A program made the translations under genes and the position numbers. The notes under the pieces were generated by a model. It was not told the DNA's origin. It did not search any database and was given only the letters and a program-made list of their open reading frames with translations. From Octopus vulgaris (taxonomy: Eukaryota), in NCBI GenBank assembly GCA_951406725.2, contig OX597815.1:73842001-73906000 (forward strand): 64,000 bases of DNA, given 5' to 3'. Shown piece after piece: positions 13,903-26,543 of the stretch; position 1 is the stretch's first letter; each line of letters starts with the position of its first letter.

Positions 13903-15299
13903 ATGCGCGCGCGTGCGTGTGAGGGTGGTGGTGCTGTGTGTATCCTGTATGTGCGCACGCCATTAGTGTTCGTATGTCGGTGTGACTATGTCAGCTATAT
14001 AGTATCAAATGCTTCTTAAACCGTTTTATTACCTTAAACTGTTTTATTACTTAAACTGGTGTATTACGACGGAGAATAATCATAGAGCATGACAACAGGA
14101 ATTGAATCAAGATACAAGGAAAGATTGGGGAAGGTGTAAAGAGAAGAAATAGGAATTAAGAATAAAGAAAAGAGTATCTGGAACAGCGAGAAGATTAACT
14201 AAAAAAAAAATTTAAGGACTGGAATTACTGCAAGAAATGGAGCTGGATGGGGTTGTTAGACGAATGCCAGAGCTAAAGCAAATAGGAAAACAATGAAAAT
14301 TATTAATCAAGTAAGAAGGCAAAATTTGAAGGATGATGATAGATAAATATATTTTGTACAAGTGAGCATGAGAAAACAGGCTTGAAAAGTAAATATGACC
14401 GAAGAGTATAGATAATATTTCCTTGAAATTAATCAAAGGATTATGAAAGAATTGACAAGATATTATAAATGAGTGGGGAGATGTTTATAACTGACACTGT
14501 ACTACAAAATGGGCATGGAAGTTCCACGGGTGCTGCTAATATTTCATTACACTACCAATAACTCATGTCATGAATAATTAATCTCAGAAATTTAATCATT
14601 TAATAACATGGCGAATTTACTAACCGAAAGGTAATTGTTTTCCGAATGCGAAAGAGAAAAGAAATGACACGTGAGGAAACAAGTGTAGTAAATCGTAAAA
14701 TAAACTTGATAATATTTGGATAAACGTGTAATGGATGTTGTTTCATCAAATTTCATTTTCAATATGGTGGTATTTGTAAGGGGTTATCTATGAAAGGAAG
14801 TCCCAAAAGGAGTCTTTTATGACCCGCTTGGTAATCCAGCACAAAACAGTGTCGAGAAAAACGTGGTTATAACAAAACTCAATGAAAAGTTAGCCTCTGA
14901 AATGTCAACTATTTTAGGATGATGGATGGCATTTCAACAAGTTTAAATTTTCACCGGGAGGTTTTTTGCCAGCTAGAGTTCTTTCACTCACGAAATAAAT
15001 TATCCATAAACCTTTGCTTTTCCAAAACAGCAAAAACATGAAGAGAACAGGGTTTTTTTTAAACTCTACATCACCTTCAGCCAATAATATTAACATTCTA
15101 AAAATCCTTACGGAGAAGTAGTGTTTTAGCCGGGATTGACTTTACCTTTTATTCTGTCAGAGTCGATTGAATAAATATTGGTCATATAACAGGATCAATT
15201 CATTTGACTACTCAATCACTATAAATGTGTGCGCCTGCTTTAGGACGGCATTAATGATAGGTCTGTCCGATCAGGATCGATCTGGAGCTAAACAACAAC

Positions 15300-15965
15300 A
15301 ACAGCTACATTAGATATTCCTGGAAGCAGCGTCTCAGATATAGATTAAATTTGCATATCCCTGTTAGAGAGGGTTTTCAAGCTCTTTGTTTATGACGGGA
15401 TCTGTACAGGTTTGGTGCATGTTGTCTAGGCAGTGAATGGATGTAAAGGGTAGTGTTATCCGCATTGACGGTCGTAGCTGTAAGACATTGACGTGCAGAA
15501 AGAAAAAGCGGAGATATAACCGAACTCTGTGACCGGCTTCAACTGAAGAGATTGAGGTACAAAAAGTGTCCTGTCACTACACACAACAGCGATGCTGTCT
15601 GATAGGAAACTATCGATCTAGTAGATGAGAGACAGAGGGAACCAAAGACGAGCAGTTTCGATAGGAGATTCGCATACCAATCACAATCGAAAGCTTTGCT
15701 GATGTCGAGGATAACAACGTTGTTTTCTCTAAATTTCTCCAACGGAAGATCCCACTGGCAAGTAATAGAAAAGAGTGGGTCCCTAATGGGTCTAGCTTTA
15801 CGGATATTAGTGGCATTAAGATGAGAGAGTTTGGGAAAGATTCTAGGTTTTGGAGGATGTATTTGTTGATGGTTGTCTCAATTACCTTTGATATATTAGA
15901 TGTGTATCTGACAGGGTCTAGTTGGAAGGGTCAGAGAGGCTGCTTTTCCTATGAATTGGACGCAC
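15300..15965 (-). mobile_element. Decayed reverse-transcriptase fragment (CR1/Jockey/L2-like LINE)
   Basis: Frameshifted motifs SDPSN.., KVIETTINKYILQNLE, VILDISKAFD..W..NLLSKL, and (Y)ADNTTL. Confidence 0.7.
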
Positions 15966-16362
15966 TGTAACATATTACCAAATATCACAAGAAATCCTTC
16001 TAGAAAGAGAGAGGGAGAGAGAAAGGGGAGAGAGGGAGAGAGAAAGGGGAGAGAGGGAGAGAGGAGAGGAGAGAGATCAAAGAGTTTGGTAAGTGTAAGG
16101 GCCACCACTAGGCTGCAGTGTCTGAGCGTAATGAAAGTCAGGGCCGGTATCTGTGTTGGTTTGAAACATTATATCTGCCCACTGTTGCACACTATCGGAT
16201 TCCATGAGCCTTTTTTTTTTAGCTGTCTAGCCGTTATGGTGTTTGTTTTTACACTTTTTAACCATAAGAGAGAATTTTTCTTCACAGTAAATGCAGTGAA
16301 TTTGCATTTAGAATTTGAAATATGTCACAAACATACCTAAGATTCGGTTTTAGACATACATA

Positions 16363-16532
<170 letters not shown>

Positions 16533-16713
16533 AGGCACACATATAAAATTAGTGTACATTTATACACAAAAGAGGTGGCCTTAACAGAACACCTCTTTTG
16601 TATATAAATGTACACTAATCTTAAATGAATAAGATGTTGTCTATAGACTATTTTATGCATGCTAGCCACTGGTAGAAAAATTTCTCTAATTTTCCTACCC
16701 TATATATATTTTC

Positions 16714-16740
<27 letters not shown>

Positions 16741-16747
<7 letters not shown>

Positions 16748-16964
16748 AAAAAGGTTTGAAAATGCAATTTAAACGATGTTTATTTACTTAACCGGTTTCA
16801 CTCTTTGGTAAAAGATTGTCAAAAGTTACATTTAAGGAAACATTGAATAAAATATTATTCAATGTTTCCTTAAATGTAACTTTTGACAATCTTTTACCAA
16901 AGAGTGAAACGGTTAAGTAAATAAACATCGTTTAAATTGCATTTTCAAACCTTTTTCTTATATA
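16741..16964. repeat. Near-perfect foldback palindrome (~110-bp arms, 4-nt loop) carrying a hammerhead-like motif in each arm
   Basis: Arms 16741-16850 and 16855-16964 differ by one indel. Motif ACTT-TTGACAA-TCTTT/AAAGA-GT-GAAAC(C)GGTT-AAGT. Flanked by (TA)n. Confidence 0.9.
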
Positions 16965-16994
16965 ATCCCACTCGTGCGATACCCCACAACTCAA

Positions 16995-17046
<52 letters not shown>

Positions 17047-17052
<6 letters not shown>

Positions 17053-17661
17053 CCGTTCTGTCTGTCTCTGTGTGTGTCTTCTAGGATCTCGGGCATCCTC
17101 CATCTGATTGCGCTGAAATTTGATATGTAGATACCGACAGTATCAGGGCGAAAAAATTACAAAAATCGAATCCAGGTGAGAATGCGATCGATAAAACCGT
17201 GGGAACGTGCATTTGTATGATCAGCTGTTGCGATCGATTTTCCATCTAAATTTACCTCCAGCTAACCCATGTGCATGCATCGTTTTTGTCCTGGTTTTCT
17301 TCCGTCAACCTGTACATAACTGCACCTTCCATTTTTTGTTGTTTTTGTACTGCTTAAAGGCACGTTTTTTTCCTGCCAAGCTTACTGTTTAAACAATGTT
17401 TGTGTTCTCCCAGTCAACAGCCTTATCATTACTGGTACTTTAAACTCTTCGGTTGCATCTTTGTGTGAATAAAATCGTTTTTCTTTGGATTAGAAAAAAA
17501 GTTAATCTTTATTTCTTCTTTTGCTGGTGTCTCAAATTTAGGTTAAATCAGTGTTTCTCAAAGGGGAGGGCTATGGGACGGTCGGACAAGATGTTTTGAT
17601 AAAATTTGGTTTAAATGTTTGACAACTCAGCACTGTCCATTAGACGGGGAGCGTTTTGCTC

Positions 17662-17662
<1 letters not shown>
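17047..17662 (+). mobile_element. Non-autonomous Helitron-like element
   Basis: Starts at (TA)nAAA-tccgttctgtctgtct. Subterminal hairpin ctgtcca-t-tagacgg (17633-17647) lies 11 nt before a CTCG|T end, a CTRR variant. Confidence 0.55.
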
Positions 17663-17711
<49 letters not shown>

Positions 17712-17841
17712 CAAAACGCTCCCCGTCCAATGGACAGTGCTGAGTTGTCAAACATTTAAACCAAATTTTTGTGACCTCGTGTGTACCGTTGGCGATTTTT
17801 TTCCCTCTGTCTTCCCTTCTCTGGATCTTTCCTTCTCCTAT

Positions 17842-17876
17842 GTTTCCGATGAAGAGCTCCGCTCGAAACGTTAAGC
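17842..17876 (+). ncRNA. Minimal type I hammerhead ribozyme-like motif within a Penelope-like relic (17770-17978)
   Basis: GUUU-CCGAUGA-A-GAGC-UCC-GCUC-GAAA-C-GUU-AAGC: stem I GUUU/AAGC, stem II GAGC/GCUC, palindromic stem III (AACGUU), U4C core variant. Confidence 0.6.
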
Positions 17877-17972
17877 CCTCCTTCTTTCCTTCTTTTCTGA
17901 GCGTCCAATAATACTATATCTGTTCCACGTCCTCGCGTTGTTGTGTTTTTTTGTGCTTTCTTGTTTGGATTA

Positions 17973-18052
<80 letters not shown>

Positions 18053-18187
18053 CCAGCATGGCCACAGCTCATGAGCTGAAACTGGAAAAATCAAAAAATC
18101 AAAAAATCAAAATCATATATATATATATATACATATGCATATATTATATATGTATGTATGTATCTATGTATGTACATATCTACACAC

Positions 18188-18244
<57 letters not shown>

Positions 18245-18961
18245 GACACACACAGAGTCACACACACACTCACAACATTTATAGTTGATATATATATATC
18301 AAATGAGGTTGGAAGAAAGCTAAAAGAAAAACGGTTTATTAAAATGTTCAAACTTGTTCTGAACGGAAATAGCAACAACAATATAACAACCAGTTCATGA
18401 TGTGGATTAAAAAATATCTTTAACATATGAATATAAACAAATTATTGAAGACTCCCACCAACTGAAATAAAAACGATCGAAACTAACTAAGTTTGCTCAC
18501 TCATAAAACCAGTGCATGTACACCGCAAGATAACTGATTAAAATAAAGGCGGGATCTATGTCAGTAATATCGGTACGCCCGCCAAACCGTGATGTTTAAG
18601 CTGCATGCGAATTGGTCAAAACCGTATTCCGAAAATTTGGCTTGTTGGAGCCTTCTCAAAGGTACAAAGACGAAGTCAGTCATTTTATTACAATTGTCAA
18701 GAACTCAACAGTCAGTTAAATGCATTTTGAAATCTGATTATTACTACCAAACGTATGAAAGCGCTAATTGAACTTTATGAACATTACAAAATATTGTTTT
18801 AATGTTTAACACACTTCAACATTGTAAATAAAATTTTAAGTTTTTTTAAATGCCATAATAAAAATCCAGACCATGCTTTAAATTTATTCAACTGATATAT
18901 TATTCTATACACATTTACACAAATTTGGAAATATATATATACACAAATATATATATATATA

Positions 18962-19190
18962 TCTTTACTACCCACAAGGGGCTAAACATAGAGGGGACAA
19001 ACAAAGACAGACAAAGGGATTAAGTCGATTACATCGACCCCAGTGCGAAACTGGTACTTAATTTATCGACCCCGAAAGGATGAAAGGCAAAGTCGACCTC
19101 GGCGGAATTTGAACTCAGAATGTAACGACAGATGAAATACGGCTACGCATTTCGCCCGGCGTGCTAACGTTTCTGCCAGCTCGCCGCCCT
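18962..19190 (-). mobile_element. SINE family A, full-length
   Basis: Near-identical to 5389-5621. Confidence 0.88.
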
Positions 19191-19192
19191 TA

Positions 19193-19576
19193 TCTCTCTC
19201 TATATAAACGGCAGTTTGTCTGTGCGTTTTCTGTGTGTCTGTTTTCTCGTACCCTCACCCTGACCACGGCTTTCAACCGATTCTGATGAAACTTGACACA
19301 CACATAGCCCAATGTCATAATTCAAAACTAACGCAGCGAAAATTTTGAAAAGTTCCCCCAGTTCTGAAAAAGATCGATAAATTCGACATGGGGTCGAGAA
19401 TCTGAAACCCAAACCACAGACCGTCTAGGGGACGCAACTCCACCTTTTTTATCCCTCAAAAAAAATTTACCATCATTTTTTTTCCATTTTTTTGCTATTT
19501 TTTGGCTATAACTCTCTAAAAATGCTTTATAGTTATTTCCCTTACAAACCTGAGCAACGCCGGGCGATACTGCTAG
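19193..19576 (+). mobile_element. Non-autonomous Helitron, both termini present
   Basis: 5' A|TCTCTCTCTATATAAAC. 3' GC-rich imperfect hairpin cctgagcaacgccggg followed by cgatactgCTAG|T. Inserted between A and T with no TSD. Confidence 0.8.
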
Positions 19577-19814
19577 TATATATATATATGAGAAATTATA
19601 TTAAGCTTAAGTTTATATCATTCCTTCTCTACGTACGTTTCACCGCTGTGGTTGCTTGGAACCTCTCCTTTGAATGTTCATCTGCAATGGATCAACAGGG
19701 ACATGCGTCATTACATTATACATACGTGTGTGTGTGTATCCATGTTTTTGTATGTGTGAGTTGGATAGTTGCAATAATGCAGTGACCGAATGACTCGATA
19801 GATGCGGAGGCAAT

Positions 19815-20075
19815 TACAGTTGGATATAGATTAAGTTTGGAAGTGAAAAACCCCACCATCATTCGAGATATTTTGGATATCTGAGTGTCGATCTAGGATA
19901 TGTATAGGGGATGCGATTAGCGGATGGAGTGATCTGAGAATTGCAAAAGATTCGGTTTCTGCAGCGGCCGTAACGGTGTGGGATGGAGAGGGAGTCATGA
20001 AAAGTTGTGAATATTGTGAAGTCACCGAGGACGATGACATCAGAGATATACGTGGAGTAAATGTCCTCAATGATT
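19815..20075 (-). mobile_element. LINE apurinic-endonuclease fragment
   Basis: DVIVLGDF (GDFN motif) and SPIHILDRHSDIQNI (PTR.PD..LDL-like) in shifted frames. Confidence 0.55.
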
Positions 20076-20119
20076 AACTGTAAGAATACACGGTATTCTT
20101 TCATTAATGCAATATGCAA

Positions 20120-20161
<42 letters not shown>

Positions 20162-20240
20162 AGAGAGAGAGAGAGAAGGGGGAGAAAGAGAAATAGACAA
20201 GCAAACTGCAAGACTGAGAGATAGAGAAAACTAATATTTT

Positions 20241-20324
<84 letters not shown>

Positions 20325-22375
20325 TTGTATGTCTATTCCTTTTTCCATCTGTTTGTCTGTCTCTATCTGTCTGTCTGTCTGTCTGTCTGTCGATCTCTCT
20401 CTCTCTCTTTCTCTTTCTCTCCCCCTCTCCCCCCCTCTCTCTCTCTGCATATTTACATATCTATCTCTCTGTTTGTCTGTCTGTCTGGTTATCCAATTTT
20501 GTCATCTGCAAATTAATGCTTCAGATAAGGTTATGTCCATAAATGAAATGAGCTATTTGTAAATAACAAGAGAGAGAGAGGGAGGGGGAGTGGAGGGAGA
20601 GAAAGAAGGTAAGTGAGAGAGACATGCAGACAAACAAACAAACAGACAACAAACAAAACAAAGCGGGATAGGGAGAAGGCGAGAAAATGAGGGATGTGTG
20701 AGGAAAAAATTAATTATCAGTTATATCGATCGTTCAAGCATCTCTATCAAATACGATTGTTTCGTTAATATTATTTCCTCTGAGGAATTTGGTCAAAGAG
20801 TAAGTGACCGAATTAAAGCAATATGAAGCTCCATAACTACACATTAACCTTTAGTTACGGATAAAGACTGATCACCCAATCATTAGCCGATACCAGGTTT
20901 TTATTGGTTGTCTTTTGTTTTCTTTACACAAACATTTATTATGAGCCCTTGGTCGGTCTGTCTTCGTTTGTCGTTATGTCTAAAGGAAGAAAGAATGACA
21001 CGCGTCTTGATATCGGCAGCAGTAGTTTAGCGATATCAACATAGCGAGTTGTTGTTGCTGCTGTTGTTGTTGTTGTTGCCTGTTAGTGCTGCAATCAATT
21101 GTTGTTGCTGTTGTTGTTCCTAATGGTGGTGTTTTATTTAGCCCTCGGCATTGGCGTAGCTAGACGGTGTGCCGCCCTGGAAAGCTTCTGAGTTGGCCGC
21201 CGATCCCCAGCTCCACGAGCTTTCCGGTGGACTTGCTTTGCTTGGCCTTCTTGGGTCTATGGGAGCCAGGATGCTTCCATTGGGTACTCTGTCTCTTGGT
21301 CTCTGGATCATAACCATAGATCCAGTCTATACAGCAGAACTACAAATTCCATCCGCAAAAGGGCGCCGTCCAGTGCAGACAGACTCCTTCGCTTTCCCCT
21401 CGCTCTTCATTCTAGATCTAGGTCCGCCGTGAGTGAACGAATTTTTGATCGAAGCATCCCAGTAATGATTGCACTCTGTCCTTTTATCGAACATTCCATA
21501 TCTAGGATTACCTATTTATGTGTTTCCTTTCTTTTCCGAGATATGTGATTAAGTGTGTAATTTAAGGAAAATTTGGTTGCTATTTCTAGCACTCCAAGCA
21601 ATAACATAGTTGTTCCATCACAAATGATGAGTATAGTGATGCAGTTTACAACATTTAACTGTTAGTGGGTTTTTTTTATTGGCGTGATGCTGCTGGTAGT
21701 ACCAGTGGTATATCTTGGTGATGATGGCGGTGGAGATTAGCCCAGATTATTTACCGTTCGAACAAACCTTTGACAAAGGCATTTCATCTACGAACATCTC
21801 GTCCTCTCTCTCTCTCTCTCCCTCTCTCTCTCCCTCTCTCTCCCCCCCTCTCTCTCTATGTATATATATATATATTAATAAATAAAATAAAACATATGCA
21901 TATATATAAACATATATGTACGTACCTACCTCTACATGTACATATACACGCATATATGAGTACATGACACCAAAAAGGACGTCGAACACAATGAGAAACG
22001 AAAACATAGACACAAACCAAAGGAACTGGACATTTATTTAAAAACAGCAAAAAAAATAGAATACAGGACAATTAACACAAAGAAAAAACCCCTTCTTCAG
22101 TCGCTAAAGCTTTCATCTACTCTACGTTTCGAAGGATATATATTTGTTTTTATTTTTTTATTTTTTGTACCTAAAACCATGCGATCTAATGTACGCTTCC
22201 CGTATTATTTCTTAACATTTGAAGGTGATTTAGCTTTTTAATCTAAATGGTCGAGCGTCTGCATAGAGATGTCTTCGTTGACTACATGCAATAGTATCAC
22301 TTTCATTCATGAACTTACTATATAATATAATATAATATAATATAATGTATGTATAATATAAGCTCATGATGATAA

Positions 22376-22679
22376 TTGTTTGTTCCTTCTCAAGCCACGC
22401 CTGGCTCATAGGGCCGGTTTCCCGGTTTCCTTGGTGTATAGGTTCCCCACCTGGACGGGAAGCCGGTCCATCGCAGGTGAGCTGCAAGATGCAGGAGGAA
22501 AGAGTGAGAGAAAGTTGTGGCGAAAGAGTCAGCAGAAGTTCGCCATTACCTTCTGCCGGAACTGCGTGGAGCTTAGGTGTTTCGTTCATAAACACACACA
22601 TCGTCCGGTTAGAGATTCGAACCCGCGATTCCTCGACCGCGAGTCCGCTGCTCTAACCACTCGGCCATGTGCCTCCACA
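22376..22679 (-). mobile_element. SINE family C, full-length with 11-bp TSD
   Basis: TSD catgatgataa at 22365-22375 and 22680-22690. Matches 6479-6777. Confidence 0.9.
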
Positions 22680-22893
22680 CATGATGATAAGGAACTAAAA
22701 CAGAAATTCATCTCACAATTAAATCTAACATGCAGTGATATCACTCTTCTTTTTACTTTAAACAGACGTCATATTTCTATTATTCCGACGTTTGCAACGG
22801 CTATTAAGAAATCGCATATATTTTCATTGTATTCAATACATTTAATTATTATTGACAGTTCGGATACACTGTATGCATGCGTGCGTGCGTACG

Positions 22894-22929
<36 letters not shown>

Positions 22930-23175
22930 TGAGTGCGTACGTGCGTGTGTGCGTGCGTGTGTATTCGTAGGTATGTATATGTGTACCTATGCATACATAT
23001 ATATCTATATGTATACATTCATTTATGTAAATAGACACGTCCATGCATATACACACATACATACATACCAACATACATACATACATACATACATACATAC
23101 ATACATACATACATACATACATACATACATACATACATACATACATACGTACGTACGTACATACATGTGTATATA

Positions 23176-23206
<31 letters not shown>

Positions 23207-23306
23207 ATATATATATAATTATTTATATATCTATATACATATACGTACATATGTTCATGTACATATACGTATATACATATATGTGTGTATACACACACAT
23301 ACATGC

Positions 23307-23339
<33 letters not shown>

Positions 23340-23910
23340 TGTATGTATGTATGTATGTATATGATTCAGAATATCGAGCATACCACAAACAATGCTCGTG
23401 ACATAGACATAAACGGTGTGTTGTTACAAAACGTTGCGCTGATTAAAAATTCCAGCGCATCTACGGTCAATGCTAATACTGCATTGAAACAATAATAATG
23501 ATGATGATGATGATGACGATGATGATGATGATGATAATAATAATAATGATAATAATAATAATAATAATAATAATAAACTTAGGTTTACCAAATAAATAGA
23601 TAAACAAATAAATATAAGTTCATGCCATTAATGCATCTGCTGCCATCAACAATTTTCTTTAAAAAATACCAATTGGTTAATGGATACACACGTACATATA
23701 CACATACACACATTCATACGTACGTACATTGATAGTTGCACAAACACATTCGTAAAGTGAAAGGGGAAAGAAAGAACAAAGAGCGAAACTGTTGGTAAAC
23801 ATTCCGACCTAAACATTTAAATTGTGTTGGTCATGTCCGCACTGTTGATTTACATAATTAAATTTTTAAAACGTGTAGGTGATATATACACGCATCGACA
23901 CATAGGTTCA

Positions 23911-24071
<161 letters not shown>

Positions 24072-24829
24072 TATATATACATATATATATATATGTATGT
24101 ATGTATATGTATGTATGTATGTATGTATTATGTATTATATGTGTGTGTGAGAGAGAGAGTATATATGTGTATGTATATGAATGTATATGTGTGTGTTTAC
24201 GTGTGCAATGATGATAATTAGAATTAATCACTTAAAATGTTATAATATATTTCAGAGCACAATTGAACTAAAATCAGATTAAAAAAAAATATGGATGAGA
24301 AATTGGTAAATGTGTTTTACAGTAGCCTTACTTTGAATAATACCTTGTTGGTGGAATTTAGTAGATGGAAACTCTACAGAAGGCCAATTGTGTGTGTGTA
24401 TGTGCGTGTCTGCGTTTTTGTAGTTTAAGTGGAGCCTTTTTGTATCCCTCTGATAATTTTGCGATGTTTTCCCTCTCACATTTTTCTTCTTCTTTTGTTC
24501 GGAACATATCAGCGTACCGACGTTCAGGCCGGGAACCTATTGCATCAGTTTGACCAGTTAAAGCTGTGCCATCTTTCTCGATGAATTAAAAATGAATTAA
24601 AAATTAAAATTAAAATAATCCATCAACGTATATATAGTTCTTAATTTGTCACACAGCAACTGAATTCCCTCAAATATTCATGTTTCATATATCAGAACAG
24701 AAGAAAAAATACGAATAATAAAAAAATTGCTTTAGCTTTCCTTATTATAAGAGGTCTTTTTTTTTTGTCTATGAGTGAAAGAACCTATGAAATAATATTT
24801 CCATATTCTCATATAATCCATTTTGTGGG

Positions 24830-25260
24830 GAATATATCGAGAGCATCCTTCTCCCTGGAAGCGAAACCCAGACTATGAAGAAGAGGCTTCAAGATCACCT
24901 CGATGGTGTGTGCACTAGGCTTCTCATGAGACCTTAAAAACATTTCATATCGTAAGCACATGACATAAGAGAAAATTATAAACATGTTCCAAACCTTCTT
25001 TAGCATTCTTTACTCCACGAAAGGTAGGATTTACTGTCCAATGCTATCGTGCTGAACACCAAGCCATATCAAATGTTATATTTTGGAGATTTCCAGGCCC
25101 TAATAGGGGTCAATGATCACTCAACTACATTTGATGTTATTGGTAGAGACACACAGCATGAAATTGAGGAACTACTAAAGCAAATAGTTGATAGAGATTC
25201 TTGAAGCAGCAAGATAAGACAAATCTCGGTGCAGCCGCTTGGAGAAGACAAAAAAAATAA
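24830..25260 (+). mobile_element. 3' fragment of an RTE/RTEX-like LINE
   Basis: Decayed frame ESILLPGSETQT...LDGVCTRLLMR..NISYRKHMT...FTVQCYRAEHQAISNVIFWR resembles the RTE post-RT motifs LLYGSETWT, LDG.YTRLLR and FAGHC.R. Confidence 0.65.
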
Positions 25261-25699
25261 TGCAAAACAAACAAAAATATATTTTGAATCAAAACTAATT
25301 TTTTTTTATTTTAATAGCTTTACTGGTTCCGTAGAAAGGCTCGTGCCATCAGATTTATAGGGAAGATCTATTAAGTAATATTTAGAGCAATGATTCTGGA
25401 GGTGGGTAGTACTGTCCCTCTGGGGGATGGCAGCGGAAAATTTTATATGGACACTGGGAGCAAAGGGAGTCAGTGAGGGTGGAGAGATAGCTACATCTGT
25501 ACGTTTTTTTTTAGTCCATCTTTTATTTAAAAGAGATATTTAAAAATTACCTTCTAAATGCTTTTTAAAATGTAATAAAATGATAAATTGTTTTGTAAGT
25601 GCAATCACATCAACAACGGCAACAATAATAACGACGACATTAAGAAAATTAAAATCGTGGATAAGTAAATAAATAAAGTTAATATTATATAGCACCTGT

Positions 25700-25918
25700 A
25701 AGGCGGCGAACTGGCAGAATCGTTATCACACCGGGCAAAATGCTTAGCGGCATTTTGTCTGTCTTCACGTTCCCAGTTCATATTCCGCCGAGATCGACTT
25801 TGTCTTTCATCCTTTCGGGATCGATAAAATAAGTACCAGTTGAATACTGGGGTCAATGTCATCGACTAACCCTTCTCCCAAAATTGCTGGCCTTCTACCA
25901 AAATTTGAAATCAATATT
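25700..25918 (+). mobile_element. SINE family A (third tail type), possibly nested in an old hAT-like MITE at ~25387-26132
   Basis: Family A head and core with tail aattgctggccttctaccaaaatttgaaatcaatatt. The flanks caatgattct... and ...gtttgagaagcatt resemble hAT TIRs only weakly. Confidence 0.75.
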
Positions 25919-26416
25919 AAACCACCTATACTATTCGCTTACAGTTATGCGGTGTAGCAGTAAATAGTAATTTGGTCAAACTAATACCCCGGAACTAAAT
26001 TATTCTGGCTTGATATTACGTGTATGTACATAAAACACTGGAGAAAGGGGCTCTGAGTCATAGCAAGGGAGTGTTGTAAAAGTGTTAGCAAAAGAAAAGG
26101 GGCGATATTAAAAAAAAAGTTTGAGAAGCATTATATTGTTGTACAGCAGCGCTACCTCTCCTGTAGAACAATAGTCAAAGATTGTTACAAATATGATTTT
26201 GTGGAAAGTTTACCCCACTTCAGTAGCGTTTGTTTCTTTTGGTTGGGGTATTGTAATGTTTATATCTTCTCCAAAATGACATAAAATAGCTAATGCGGAG
26301 GTGGTGAGAGAGTTCAACTCCTGATGGTGTGGTAGGGATGATTCTCTCCGGATTAGTAATGCCCACTTCTCACCGGGTTTGTACTTAGCCAATTTCTTCA
26401 AGAGAGAAAACGTGAA

Positions 26417-26543
26417 AGAAGAAGAAGAAGAAGAAGAAGAAGAAGAAGAAGAAGAAGAAGAAGAAGAAGAAGAAGAAGAAGAAGAAGAAGAAGAAGAAGA
26501 AGAAGAAGAAGAAGAAGAAGAAGAAGAAGAAGAAGAAGAAGAA
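26417..26543 (+). repeat. Pure (GAA)n tract, about 42 units
   Basis: Directly visible. Produces the poly-E pseudo-ORF. Confidence 0.98.

Noticed and set aside
13688-14020. Third Helitron starting TCTATCTATATTAAAG
   Set aside because: Plausible 5' end, but no hairpin-CTRR 3' end found.
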